In this document: piece after piece, positions 43,613-59,060 of the stretch
Numbering within the stretch: the first letter of the stretch is position 1
Layout: every line of letters begins with the position of its first letter
DNA from: Octopus vulgaris
Taxonomy: Eukaryota
Reading direction: 5' to 3'
Assembly (NCBI GenBank): GCA_951406725.2
Contig: OX597821.1
Coordinates: 69,998,001 to 70,062,000 of the forward strand
Length of the DNA stretch: 64,000 nt
Notes under the pieces: model-generated
Database searches by the model: none
Told to the model about the DNA's origin: nothing
The model's input: only the letters and a program-made list of their open reading frames with translations
Program-made: the position numbers and the translations under genes

Positions 43613-43983
43613 TGTATATTTAACGATTTTTCCAGTTATACTCTACAAAATTTTGATCTGTTAGGCGATATAGGAATAAGATATGTATATATATACAGAT
43701 ATAAACATACACATATACAGATATAAATATATATACACATAAATATATACATACACATATAAATATGTATATACACATATACAGATATAAATATATATAT
43801 ATACACATATACAGATATAAATATATATAAATAACACGTATACAGATATAAATATACATATATATATACACATACAGATATAGATATATATACATATATA
43901 TATATGATACATAGATATATAAACATATATTTATGTATGTACATATTTGTCTACATAATTATATGTGTGTATATATTATATAG

Positions 43984-44028
<45 letters not shown>

Positions 44029-44298
44029 CGTAAACACATACACATATATGCATATACATGCAAACATACATATATTTAGATATTTTTAGAAATTAAGAAA
44101 ATCTCAAACTTGGGAGAATGGCTGTAAAAATAGCCTTCGAAAATCGAGTAAAATATCCCTGTAAACAGAAAAAGAACTCATGAAGAAGGAAGTGAATTAA
44201 ACTTTTCCATAATTCCCATCGTTTCCTATCAAGTTTCTAAGTTACAGTAACATGGTTGTGTCTCAAATCTCTTGATGCTTCCAACCAAATGTTATAGC

Positions 44299-44360
<62 letters not shown>

Positions 44361-44369
44361 TTTAAAAAA

Positions 44370-44400
<31 letters not shown>

Positions 44401-44480
44401 TTTTTTTACCTTCAAAAGAAAAGCTCTACCTTGTAATTTGTTCTATCTGTGTGCAGCCCTGTGTGGCTAATAAAGAAACA

Positions 44481-44580
<100 letters not shown>

Positions 44581-44601
44581 CATCTATCCATCTATCTTTA
44601 C

Positions 44602-44727
<126 letters not shown>

Positions 44728-45062
44728 TTCTGTCTGTATGTATGTATATATGTATGTTTATGCATCTGTTTACATATCTACATATTTAATTATCTCTCTT
44801 TCGGAGCATATTGTATGATATAAATATGACATATATAATGTGTGTGTGTGTGAGAGAGAGTGTGTTTCTCTGTCAAAACTCGCCCCTCTCAAGTTTTTGC
44901 TCATACATACATACATAAATACATACATATATACGTATGCATGAACACAGATACACATACACACAAGCATATGCAATCATACAGAGATACTCTCTAATAG
45001 ACCCATAATCTTAAATTGATATGTGCTTGGGTGTGTGGCTGCGTGTTAATATGTATGCATTT

Positions 45063-45197
<135 letters not shown>

Positions 45198-45291
45198 ATC
45201 CAAACAAGAAAGCACAAAAAAACACAACAACGCGAGGACGTGGAACAAATATAGTATTATTGGACGCTCAGGAAAGAAGGAAAGAAGGGGG

Positions 45292-45326
45292 GTTTAACGT
45301 TTCGAGCGGAGCTCTTCGTCGGAAAC
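45292..45326 (-). ncRNA. Second copy of the CCGACGA minimal hammerhead
   Basis: Identical to 42626-42660; cassette 45192-45363 is embedded in (TA)n. Confidence 0.65.
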
Positions 45327-46055
45327 ATAGAAGGGAAGACAGAGGAAAAAAATCGCCAACGGTATATATATATATATATATATATTCATTTATATACTTA
45401 TACACTGATACGTACATGTCTATTGATATAGCTATCGATAAGTTTCTGTGACCATGTGCGCACACTGTCATAGGAGATACATTTATGTCTGTTTTAATAC
45501 ATCGCTTCGGCATAGCGAAACTAGCAAAAATAATCATGTACTTATTGTATACAGTGCTCAGGTGTACATATATATATATATATAAAAAATGTATAAATGT
45601 ATATACACACACTAATATACACTAGTGTATGTATGTATGGAAGCATATAACGTGTACGAGAAACTGGTTTTGTTATCATTGTGTTTTGCGATTGCATTTG
45701 CAACATCACACTAGCATGTCTCTGAACATGACTGCACTCAAGGTAAACACTTCAATTTGAGGGGGGGGCAGTCAGTGCCCCTTATTAAATGAAGCAAAAA
45801 TCAAACCCACATGCGGAGACGTAGAGAGACGGGGGGAGAAGGAAAAGTGGAAAGAAAGAAAGAAAGAAAAAGAAGCTGTTTTTAATGATTTTCATTAGAA
45901 ACGCGAGGAACAATATTTTTCGGTAAGTTTCTTCATACTTCTAGGGATTTTGTGACGATTTAAAAACTAGTTCTTACCGAGTCTATGTATATAGCTCCTT
46001 CATAAATACATGTGTGTGTGTGTGTGTGTGTTTATACACGCACATACATATGTAT

Positions 46056-46120
<65 letters not shown>

Positions 46121-46251
46121 TGTGTGTTTGAGTGTAAGCAAATATATATGTGTGTGAGAGCAAATATATATATATAGTTAATCCCCAAAAAACGAAGAGA
46201 AAACACGTGTATATGTATATGTATACATATATACATGTATATTTACATTTA

Positions 46252-46290
<39 letters not shown>

Positions 46291-46501
46291 GATAGATAGA
46301 TAATTTACTAAGCACAGTATATATATTTCTATGATCAACTGATAGTTTTATGCGATGAAAAACGATCCAGACATCCCACGAAACTTAGTAACTCATAAAA
46401 GTATATGCTGTGCTTATTAAATAATATTTACCTCTCACCAGATGGAGTACATTTTTTTTTTATTTGTGTTTTGATCTGAATATCATAGAACAATTCAGTG
46501 C

Positions 46502-46535
<34 letters not shown>

Positions 46536-46852
46536 TAAAATGTAGCAAAGGATGACGACGAAGGAGCATACGGAAAAAAAAAGAAAAAAACACACAAATG
46601 ACATGGACTTATTCATCTGTTATCGACCGAAAATCATAACAATTTCGACGCTTTACCTCTTTTATTGTAGAATTTGGTGGCATCGAAAACAAAGCGCTGC
46701 TGGGATATAAATGAAGGAACATGAAGTACAGAATAAGATGAAGAACAATAAAAGACGGTATGTCTAGATTAAACCGGAAAAGGCAAGAATTACGAGGACA
46801 ACAGGAAAAACATATAAAACGAAAACTATATATATCTCTCTCTCTTTTTTTT

Positions 46853-47234
46853 TTTTTACTTGTTTCAGTCATTTGACTGCGGCCATGCTGGAGTACCGCC
46901 TTTAGACTTATTCTTTGTAAGCCCAGTACTTATTCTATCGGTCTCTTTTGCCGAACCGCTAAGTGACGGGGTCGTAAACACACCAGCATCGGTTGTCAAG
47001 CAATGATAGGGGGACAAACACATACACACAAACACATACACACACATACATACATATATATATATATACATATATACGACAGGCTTCTTTCAGTTTCCGT
47101 CTACCAAATCCACTCACAAGACATTGGTCGGCCCGGGGCTATAGCAGAAGACACTTGCCCAAGATGCCACGCAGTGGGACTGAACCCGGAACCATGTGGC
47201 TGGTTAGCAAGCTACTTACCACACAGCCACTCCT
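46853..47234 (-). mobile_element. CORE-type tRNA SINE
   Basis: Reverse complement of the 20799 family. Confidence 0.9.
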
Positions 47235-47338
47235 GTTTATATAAGCATAAGGTCGTTATTTCAAATATCGAACTTATCAAGAGGTCAGCATGGGAATAAA
47301 AAAAAACCTTCAAATGTAATAATTATTATTAATATTAA

Positions 47339-47520
47339 AATTTAGGGTATCTAAGAGATACAACCACGCTTGAAATAGCAGTCAAAACCTGACTCTAAAA
47401 CCACATTAAAAGTTCATACAGCACCAAGAGGGAAGACAAAATAAACTAGCAAGAAATTATGTTCTTTCCTGTTTTGGCTGCTATTTCAAGCGTGGTTGTA
47501 TCTCTTAGATATCCTAAATT
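47339..47520. repeat. 50-bp inverted repeats around an 82-bp spacer
   Basis: AATTTAGGGTATCTAAGAGATACAACCACGCTTGAAATAGCAGTCAAAAC (47339-47388) vs its reverse complement at 47471-47520, with 2 mismatches. Confidence 0.9.
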
Positions 47521-47521
47521 A

Positions 47522-47566
<45 letters not shown>

Positions 47567-47774
47567 TGTGTTTATTTAATAATATATATATATATATATA
47601 ATCACACACACAGGGATATGAATGTGTATATATTTATATATGCATGTATATATATATGTGTGTGTATAAATATATATACATACATGTATAAATAAACTGC
47701 ATATATATGAATATATATATATATCAATATGTATATGTATACCTATGTATATATACATATAATATATATGAATG

Positions 47775-47826
<52 letters not shown>

Positions 47827-47830
<4 letters not shown>

Positions 47831-48236
47831 CGAAGGAGTGGCTATGTGGTAAGTAGCTTGCTTACCAACCACATGGTTCCGGGTTCAGTCTCACTGCGTG
47901 GCATCTTGGGCGTCTTCTGTTATAGCCCCGGGCCAACCAATGCCTTGTGAGTGGATTTGGTAGACGGAAACTAAAAAAGAAACCTGTCGTATATATGTAT
48001 ATATATATATATGTATGTGTGTGTGTTTGTGTGTCTGTGTTTGTCCCCCTAGCATTGCTTGACAAACGATGCTGGTATGTTTACGTCTCCGTCACTTAGC
48101 GGTTCGGCAAAAAGAGACCGATAGAATAAGTACTGGGCTTACAAAGAATAAGTCCCGGGGTCGATTTGCTCGACTAAAGGCGGTGCTCCAGCATGGCCGC
48201 AGTCAAATGACTGAAACAAGTAAAAGAAAAAGAATA
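47827..48236 (+). mobile_element. Full-length CORE-type tRNA SINE
   Basis: Same family as 20799; head-to-head with the copy at 46853. Confidence 0.9.
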
Positions 48237-48814
48237 AAAAATATATATATATGGATGAACGGACGGGTGTATGTACATATACTATATATGTGTCTGCAAG
48301 TGTGTCATGAATTTGAAACAAATTGTTTAACGATCAGCAGTATCGTATTTATTTCGTTTCTACTTATATTAGTTGATGTATTTTTTTTAAATAAAAAAGC
48401 ATGAAACACTAAGCGTTCCAGTTGCTTCTCTGCCTTATTTTGCTGAATGAAATTTATAGATAACATGTGTGTCCTGCACTTGTCCTCTCACCCTTGTTAT
48501 CAGAACACATTGGATTTTCGAATTCACTAATCAGTAAGCAAGAGACGTTGTGTGTTGGAGAGATGGACTATGGACTTGTCTCGATCTAGATTGAAAGGTA
48601 TGGAAATAAAACATAAACGGAGAGACTCAAAATTTCAGTGTGGTGGATGGATAGACAGACAGACAGATAGAGTGAGAGAGTCAGACAAATAGAAAGATGG
48701 ATAAGCAAATAGTTAGAGAGAGATAAAGACAGATGGATAAATTGATAGACGGTTAGACATGCAGAAAAAAAGTTAGACGTACAGATAGACAGACAGGAAG
48801 ACAGACAGACAGAC

Positions 48815-48909
<95 letters not shown>

Positions 48910-49479
48910 CGTGTGTGACCTAAACCAGTAAAATAATACTCAAATATAAGACTCTTATTAAAAATATTTTCATGAGCCGATCCAAGTTTTTATACATAGA
49001 AAAACAGCAAATATATATATACACACATGCAAGCACATACATACGTACAGATACAAACATATTTTCAAATGGCTTTTAGGTAGCAAGGTAGGTAGGTATA
49101 TAGGTAGGTACGATATGTATGTACGTAGATGGATGGATATAGATAGGTAGATAAATAGATGGGTGGGTAGATAGATGGGTAGATAGCTAGACAGACAGGT
49201 AGGTAGGTAGATAGATAGATAATTGGTAATTGAGAGGAAGCCCCGAACGTGAAGAATATCAACTATATGTAACCCCTTGTAATATGTCAAAGGTCTAATG
49301 AACACTCACCAAAAACATTTATTCTATCTCTGCAGAGAGGCATTCAAGCGTATCTGCTGACTGAGATGTAGACAAATTTAGGTTCAACTGGCTATTTCGT
49401 ATGAAATTATTGTAACTCTGAGGGAACCCATGCCAGCAACTATCATAAAGTTGGACTTATCCATTTCCCTATTCCCTCC

Positions 49480-49545
<66 letters not shown>

Positions 49546-49760
49546 CTTTTTATCTTCACAGGCACAGGCATAACAAGTTTGTTTAAGAATTTTTATATTC
49601 TTGATATATTTTAATAAAAACTTACTTCAATTCTAAATGTACGCACACGAACGCACGCATACAAGCATATAGCGAGAGGTACATGCATACATACATACAT
49701 TCATATATATATATATATATATACATATTGTAAGGTACCTATTTGAATTTAATACACATA

Positions 49761-49894
<134 letters not shown>

Positions 49895-50100
49895 TCAGAA
49901 GGCTGAACGCAATTTTAAACCGAAAATGGAAATAATTCACCATCACTAAATATATATATATATAGTTAATTTATATCTATATTAGTTAAAATTATATTTA
50001 CATTCGGGCATCGTAAACAATGCAGGATTCTGTGTTAAGCACGTCCACAGTTCTTGGCTAACTAATGTTAACATCAGTGGTGATAAGTTCCATTTTCTGC

Positions 50101-50177
<77 letters not shown>

Positions 50178-50427
50178 TTAGAGATCTATACAAATTCAAT
50201 TTTTATATATAAAAAGATGGATATAGAAATAAATCAGAAGTAAGTCTAAGACATCCTAATTTGAGAAGCAATTTCATAAAAATGATTTTAACTATTATAT
50301 AAAGAAAATATTACCGGTTTCGAGGATGAGTCTCATCTTATCAAATATCAATAAAAATTTATAAAAATTTGAAGTAAAAACAATTTATCTTCTGTCTGAG
50401 GGTCACGCGCGCACAAACACACACATA

Positions 50428-50465
<38 letters not shown>

Positions 50466-50559
50466 TACATATATATGCATATATGGATATATTTGCATAC
50501 AGACATATGCATTTATATTTGTACATATATTGTGTATATATATCCATGTATGTATTTAC

Positions 50560-50608
<49 letters not shown>

Positions 50609-50692
50609 GGTCCCGGGTTGATTCGGGGTTAACCACAGTAAATAAGGTACTCAATACATAGCAGAGTAAAATTAATTTATTATATAGAAGGA

Positions 50693-50741
50693 GCTTCTAC
50701 AGGACTAGAACTGTTTCATTCAAGAGAAATCTTCAGGAAGC
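50693..50741 (-). ncRNA. Type I hammerhead ribozyme with all three stems
   Basis: GCUUC CUGAAGA U UUC-UCUU-GAA U GAA ACAG-UUCUAGUC-CUGU A GAAGC: stem I GCUUC/GAAGC, stem III ACAG/CUGU, GUA cleavage triplet, AAUAAA ~11 nt downstream. Confidence 0.8.
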
Positions 50742-51371
50742 ACTATATATATATATATGTATATATATGTATATATATATGTGTGTGTGTGTGTATACAG
50801 ATATGATTACAGGAAAAAAATCATTGAAAATTAATGAATTTTATCATTGGCTGGTATATATAAAAAACCCTCTTAAGTAAAATTCATTTCTAAATATAAA
50901 ATCATATGGAACATAATTATAATTAAAAGCACCGAAGACACTGTGTCTGTATGCTGGAAGAAGACGCCGAATACGCCCAACCACGACAAGATACACTCCA
51001 ATACAACAATAATACTTTAATTCTGGTATTATACATCTATATAACTATGTGTGAGTGTATATATATATATATGTATATATATAGATAGATAGATATAGAT
51101 ATATATACAAAGATATATAAATATATATGTATGTATATTTGTGTATATATATATATATATGTATGTATAAATATATATATATAGATGCATTTTAATGTAA
51201 AAACGTCCCTATATATTTATGTACATATGTATAATATAAATATGTATATGTGTGTACGTGTGTGAATATGTATATAAATATATTTATCTACATACATCTT
51301 TATATATACATATAAATATATATATGTATCACATTATCATAAATGATATTAGATTATTATTATTATTATCA

Positions 51372-51442
<71 letters not shown>

Positions 51443-52071
51443 GATGTATTATATGAAATAATAAATAATATATACATGCACCACTATCACTCTTTTTTCT
51501 CTGTGTGACACTTGCCCATTCCTAGTGTCCCATAAAATGAATCAGGTTTAATCCGATGCCATTTTTCTCTTCATTTACAGATCTTAGGAATTCATGGCAA
51601 GTCATACAAACGTATATATGGATATATATACATATATATATACATACATATATACATATAAAACATATGGATGTAAAATATGCATATATATATATGTGCT
51701 TGTACATATATATGTATACATATATGTATGACTATATACATGTATAAATATATATGCATATATATGTTTATATATATATACATGTTTACATATATATGAA
51801 TATATACATGTATACATATATATACATGTATATATATACATATATTCATGTATATACGTATATATATAAATATATATAAGTATCCTCCCTTTATTATATT
51901 ATTACATATTTCAGTCATTTAACTGCGGCCGTGCTGGAGCTCCGCCTTAAAGGGTTTTAGTAGAAGAAATCGACCTTCGAAATTATTCTTTGTAGGCCTA
52001 GTACTTATTCTATAGGTCTCTCTGCCGGGCCGCTACGCTAAAATGTTATGTAATGTGTGAATGTGTGCGTG

Positions 52072-52142
<71 letters not shown>

Positions 52143-52399
52143 ATATATATATATATATATGTGTGTGTACGTGTCTCAGCGTGTGTACGTATATATATGT
52201 ATATATGCATATATATATATGTGTATGTGTTTATATGTATATATCTATATATATGTATATAGATATATGTATATAAATATATGTATACATATATATATAT
52301 ATATATAGGGAGAGTTTATAAAAAAAAAACAAAAGACGACGACAGGTGGTGTACAAAACAAACACATGTATTGGTATAACGCTCAGGAATAGAAAACGT

Positions 52400-52435
52400 C
52401 TTTTACATTTCTGGCCTACGCTCTTCTACAGAAAG
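52400..52435 (-). ncRNA. Degenerate minimal hammerhead, related to the 42626 cassette family
   Basis: CUUU CUGUAGA A GAGC GUAG GCCA GAAAU GU A AAAG; the flank ACGCTCAGGAA is shared with the cassette at ~42600. Confidence 0.4.
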
Positions 52436-52489
52436 GGACGCAGAAAAAACAAGGCGAGAAAAAAATGTGTGTAGTTGCTAGCGATCTTT

Positions 52490-52490
52490 T

Positions 52491-52528
<38 letters not shown>

Positions 52529-52604
52529 TATGTTTAAATGTATATATATATATGCATATGTTTAAGTGTATATATATATACATGTATATATAAGTATGCA
52601 TATG

Positions 52605-52652
<48 letters not shown>

Positions 52653-52930
52653 CATATATGCATACGTATAAATGTATATATATATATGTATATACATATA
52701 TGCATACGTATAAATGTATATATATACATATGTAAATACATATATGCATATGTATAAATGTATATATATACATACGTATATATATTTCTATATATTTGTA
52801 TATGTATTTCTGTGTAAATATATATATATATATGTGTATGTATGTGTATATTTATATATATAGGTATCTATATATATATGCGTGTATATATTTATATATA
52901 TATGTATGTATATATTTATTTATATATATG

Positions 52931-52973
<43 letters not shown>

Positions 52974-54203
52974 TTATATATATATATGTATGTATATAGT
53001 TATATATATGTGTATATATGTGTGTAATTTTTTATAAATATGTGTATGTATATATTTATATATATATATATGTATATATATTTATATATGTATATATATA
53101 TATATGTGTGTATATATATATAAGTATATATATATATGTGTGTGTATATATATATATATGTGTGTGTGTGTATATATATATATGTATATATATATATGTG
53201 TATATATATATATATACACACACACATACATATATACATATATGTGTATATATATATATACACACATACATATATATATACATATATGTGTATATATATA
53301 TATACACGCACATATATATATATATACATATATATATATATGCATATATATATGTATATATATTTATATATATATGCATTTATATATATATATGCGTATA
53401 TATGTATATATATACCCGTATGTATGTGTATGTGAATATATATATGCATATATATATATATATATATATATATACGTATATATGTATATATATGTAAATG
53501 CATATATATGTATATCTTTATGCGCATATATGTGTATATATATATATATATACATATGTAAATGTATATATATGTATATATATATATATGCAATCATATG
53601 TATATGTATATATATATATATATATGCGTATATATGTATATATATATATATGAATATATATATATATATGTATACGCATATATATATATGTGTATGTATA
53701 TATGTATATAAATACTAATATATGATGTGTAAAAACATGTAACAGTAATAAATATCTGTAAATATAAAGCCTTCCTGATTCCTGAGTACTTTCTTTCTTG
53801 TAATATATAATACCTGTGCATCATCTCCAAACCTTCAATGTATATATATATATAATGTATATATATATGTATGTATATATATGTATATAGATGTATGTAT
53901 ATATATGTATATATATATGTATGTATATATATGTATATATATATATATGTATATATATGTATATATATATGTATGTATATATATGTATATATATATGTAT
54001 GTATATATATGTATATATATATGTATGTATATATATGTATATATGTATGTATATATATGTATATATATATATATGTTTGTATATATATGTAAATATATGT
54101 ATATATATGTATATATTTATATATATGTATATATATATGTATATATATATATATGTGTGTGTGTCTGTTTATGTATATATATATGTGTGCGTGTGTCTTT
54201 GTC

Positions 54204-54244
<41 letters not shown>

Positions 54245-54260
54245 CACACATACACATGTG
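52490..54260. repeat. Large compound (TA)n/(TATG)n microsatellite field, representative of many (e.g. 570-940, 21240-22135, 27565-28040, 30900-31375, 44300-44730)
   Basis: Direct reading; these fields are the source of the Y/I/C/V-rich artefact ORFs. Confidence 0.95.
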
Positions 54261-54418
54261 TTGGTGACGGTGATGTGTGTGTGTGTCTTTGTTAAAATTT
54301 TAATTTCCAGTCTTATTAAAAACATTTGCAGGAAAATTAGCAATTTTACTAAAGTACATAGGCATATGTTTTATATCTCTGCAAGCAAAGAACTGTTTCC
54401 ATTCTTCTCCGAAAATCA

Positions 54419-54483
<65 letters not shown>

Positions 54484-55284
54484 TCTTTTACTTTTTACAG
54501 TTATTTGACTTCGCCCATGCTGGAGCACCGACTTTAGTCGAGCAAATCAACCCCTAGGATTATTCTTTCTAAGCCGAGTACTTATTCTATCGACTCTTTT
54601 GCCGAACCGCTAATTTCCAGGGACGTGAACACATCGGTTGTCAAGCAATGTTGATGTGACAAACACAGACATACAAACATATATACACATAGATATATAT
54701 AATATAATATAATATTATATTATATTATATTTAAATATACATACATTTAAATATGTATACGTAAGACATACATCACGTTATCGACCAGACAATTGGATGT
54801 TGTTAAACATCGCTGCTCACAATGCGCTTCGCTTTGTTATTGCTTTGGAATGACACCAGTCTTGTGGGTAGGAAAGCAAAACGTCATTCTCTTTGATGGG
54901 AAGATTATTCCCTCGTTGGTTTATCTATTTAGAGTTGGGTGAACTGCAACAACGACCCACCCGGCCCGGGGGTCGAGCCCACGATCTAGCGATCGTGATT
55001 GCAACGCCCTCACCACAAACCCATCTGCCATCAGATATACACACATACGGATAGGCTTGCTGAAGAGGTCACAGATGTGTCGAAAATTTTCCGGGCGATG
55101 GACATAATATAAGAACAGTATTAAACAAATGAAGAACGAACGTACAGTGCGTGTGTTCATTCGGTAAGAAAAGAAAAAATTAATGACCGTCCCGAAATAC
55201 AGTTTCTGTTTCAACACGGTTTCACACCAAGAATCTTGCAACACAAATTGATAAATGTATAGAGATAGACAGATATATATATAT

Positions 55285-55535
55285 CATCATCATCATCATC
55301 ATCATCATCGTTTAACGTCCGTTTTCCGCGCTAGCACGGGTTGGACGGTTTCGACCGGGGTCTGGGGAGCTCGGGACTGCCCCAGGCTCCAGTCTAGTCT
55401 GGCAGTGTTTCTACAGCTGGATGCCCTTCCTAACGCCAACCACTCCGCGAGTGTAGTGGGTGTTTTTTACGTGCCACCTGCACAGGTGCCAGAGGGGTCT
55501 GGCATCGGCCACGTTCGGATGGTGCTTTTTATGTG
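55285..55535 (-). mobile_element. 3' part of a SINE with RTE-like tail
   Basis: Minus strand ends CGGACGTTAAACGATGATGATG(ATG)n; body contains GGATGCCCTTCCTAACGCCAACC on the plus strand. Confidence 0.7.
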
Positions 55536-55780
55536 GGGGGGGGGAATATAGGGGAGCACCAGTGGGGAGGGGTGGTTCAGAGAAATGATGACAGGTTCTA
55601 GGCAAGTAGAACGTAGGATATCAAGAGAGGGGTAATGCATGTTGAAATAGCGTATTGAAGAGGGGGGTTCGAAGAGTAGACACCTATAATGGTGGTGGGA
55701 GAAGCGACATCCGGTATAGATGGAGCAAAAATATAGAGATATCCGGTATTGGTGGTGGGGGTGGGCAAGGGCGGGTGCAC

Positions 55781-55964
55781 CGGGAATATGACGGGCTGGC
55801 TTAAAAATGCTCTTAGCAAAGGAAGAGGGGGGATGGCAGACAACGTAAAAGAGGGAGAGAGAGAAGGGAAATAGTGGAACCCCGCGAAAATGGGCCGCCA
55901 TTGAAAAAAACCCCTGTATGGAGAAATAATATGCAATACAAGGCGAAGCTGAAAATAGTAATAA

Positions 55965-56000
<36 letters not shown>

Positions 56001-56320
56001 GCAAATTTTCGACCGAGGATCAAAGGGACAATACTAATACTACTAATAATAGTAATAATAATAAATAATAAACAGCTCAACCACAACATTAGATTAGAAA
56101 GACTCTTATCTTGGGAACATTTCGTTCTTCTGCCTGACACGGGAATATGACGGGCTGGCTTAAAAATGCTCTTAGCAAAGGAAGAGGGGGGATGGCAGAC
56201 AACGTAAAAGAGGGAGAGAGAGAAGGGAAATAGTGGAACCCCGCGAAAATGGGCCGCCATTGAAAAAAACCCCTGTATGGAGAAATAATATGCAATACAA
56301 GGCGAAGCTGAAAATAGTAA

Positions 56321-56356
<36 letters not shown>

Positions 56357-56366
56357 GCAAATTTTC

Positions 56367-56369
<3 letters not shown>
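55781..56369. repeat. ~230-bp direct repeat pair with 126-bp spacer
   Basis: 55781-56013 and 56140-56369 appear identical except for one AAT unit. Confidence 0.93.
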
Positions 56370-56445
<76 letters not shown>

Positions 56446-57006
56446 GTAGATAGGTAGAGAGATATTTTCATACATGCATATATGTTAGCATTTACATGTT
56501 TCAGTCATTCGATTGCGGCCATGCTGTGGCACAGCCTTGGAGAATCTTATTCGAACGAATTCACCATAGTAGTAACTGATTTTAATACACGGATGTAAAC
56601 ATACTAACAACGGTTGTTAAACGTTGGTGAGACTCAAACACAGAAACAACGACACACACACACGTGTGTGTGCTTGTGTGTATGTGCTTGTGTGTATGTG
56701 CTTGTGTGTGTGTGCTTGTATGTGTAGTGTGTGTGTGCGACTGGGTGTGTTTGTGCGTTTGTGTATGTCTGCGTTTGTCGCTCACTTGCGCATGACAACC
56801 GACGCTGGTGTGTTTACATTCCCGTAATTTAGCGGTTCAGCAAAAGAGACTAATAGAATAAAAACTAGGTATACAAAGAATAAGTTCTGGGGTCGATTTG
56901 TTCGACTAAAGGCGGTGCTCCAGCATGGCCACCGTAAAATGACAGAAAGCATTAAAAGAATATATATATACACACACATGCATACATACATACATACATA
57001 CATACA

Positions 57007-57042
<36 letters not shown>

Positions 57043-57045
57043 TTC

Positions 57046-57097
<52 letters not shown>

Positions 57098-57195
57098 GTG
57101 TATATACATATATAAATCTATATATATACACACATATATATATATGCGTTTATGTATATATGTATATACATAGATATGTATACATATATACGTTT

Positions 57196-57226
<31 letters not shown>

Positions 57227-57281
57227 GACGTATGTATGTATACATATGTATATATATACATAGATATGTATACATATATAC

Positions 57282-57321
<40 letters not shown>

Positions 57322-57623
57322 GCATTACATTCATAGAATTGTTACTGTAAATCGAAAAAGAAGTGGAACCCGTAAAAACCATGTTCGTGTGTGTATGTAT
57401 ATGCGCCCATACACACACACACATATATACATATATCAATACACACATACACACACAACTTTGAGTGTGTTTGTGTGCGCCTGCGCATGTTTATGCATAT
57501 ATATACTTTATACTGGTTCACACACAAATAGTGAAATAACTGTATTTGTGTTCATGTGCATGTTTATCTATCCTACTATCTATCTATCTATCTCTTTCTC
57601 TCTCCATATGTATATATATATAT

Positions 57624-57684
<61 letters not shown>

Positions 57685-57808
57685 ATGAGATTATGTTAGA
57701 AAAGCAATGTTGAGGAGAAGAATTGGGCAAGCGAATAACTGAACGTAATATGGAGATATGTATTGAAGACGGAAAACGAAATGAGATAGATAGACTGATA
57801 GATTGACA

Positions 57809-57885
<77 letters not shown>

Positions 57886-58638
57886 ATAGACAAAGAAAGC
57901 GAGGGAGAGAGAGTGAGCGAGAGCGATTTGGGTGAGGTGTGTGTGTGTAGCGTAGCTTTCTTTACAAGTTTACATTCTTCTGTCTAACTGATTGATTTAC
58001 AACGTAACATTCAGGAAACGACTTGTTGATATAGTGTTTGTGTTTAGCCCTAGGTCAATCCTGATTGAGTAAACCTATGATCAATGATATTGCTCTTCTT
58101 TATCATGTTTTCAGTAATTCTAAAACTGCATTATTTAATATATACCATTATTTTGATGTCTATCTTATGTCGTTTGCTTCTAGTTTATACGTGTCGTTGC
58201 CGTTGACAGCGTGTAATTAACGCTGATTGGTTTCTACCGCCGATTCGTTTGTTAAGCATTTCGTTTCAAGATTTGGCAATTGTATTCAACAATATAGTCT
58301 AGTGATTAAGCTTCCTGACTTTTATACAGGAGCACAAGTTCGATTCCAGGCATGCTGACTCGTTATTACACGCGCAGACATAACCATCTGATAAAAGGTT
58401 CGATTTCCAACCACATGGTTTCGGGTTCAGTCTCTCTCCGTTGCACCATGAGCAAGTATCTTCTACTATTTCTCGCAGCCAATGTGAATAAAGGCTTGCT
58501 TTGCAACCGCGTGGTTTCGGGATCATTCCCACTGCTCGGCATCTACTATAGCCTCTGTCCCACCAATGAGTGAATTTGGCTGTTGGAAACTACGTATAAG
58601 TACTTCACAAATATACATACATACATACATACATACAT

Positions 58639-59060
58639 ATGCTGAACAATTAAAAAATCTGCAGTTACTCTACCCAGACAAGTTCGGGTTTATATGTGTA
58701 ATTATTGAGGCCCTGGGATATGTAGCACACTGCCTAAATACCAATTTTGAGAAATTAGGTTTCTCAAAACCAGAAAGGAGAAAGCAAATTCGAAGACTAC
58801 AGATCCAATTCATAACTGGAACTATAAAAATCTGTAAAACTTTCCAGAAGTTTATCATTTAAATATATATGAGTATGTTTAGATATGCAACTATATGCAT
58901 GAGAGTAAATACATTAAACAAAACATAAATGTACACATATGTACATACAAAAAAATACCATGTTGTTGATGTTGAAATTCCAATGAAGCAGCCTTGGATC
59001 TAGGTTAGAAACCGGTTCTTTCTCAATTGGAAAGAAATTTTGAAATAAAACTGAATAATG
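58639..59060 (+). mobile_element. 5'-truncated RLE-type LINE flanked by (ACAT)n
   Basis: YAEQLKNLQLLYPDKFGFICVIIEALGYV..LQIQFITGTIKICKTFQKFII* parallels the IPVVIGALG..QKIVLMGTAHILRK C-terminus of RLE elements; (ACAT)n on both sides. Confidence 0.7.
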
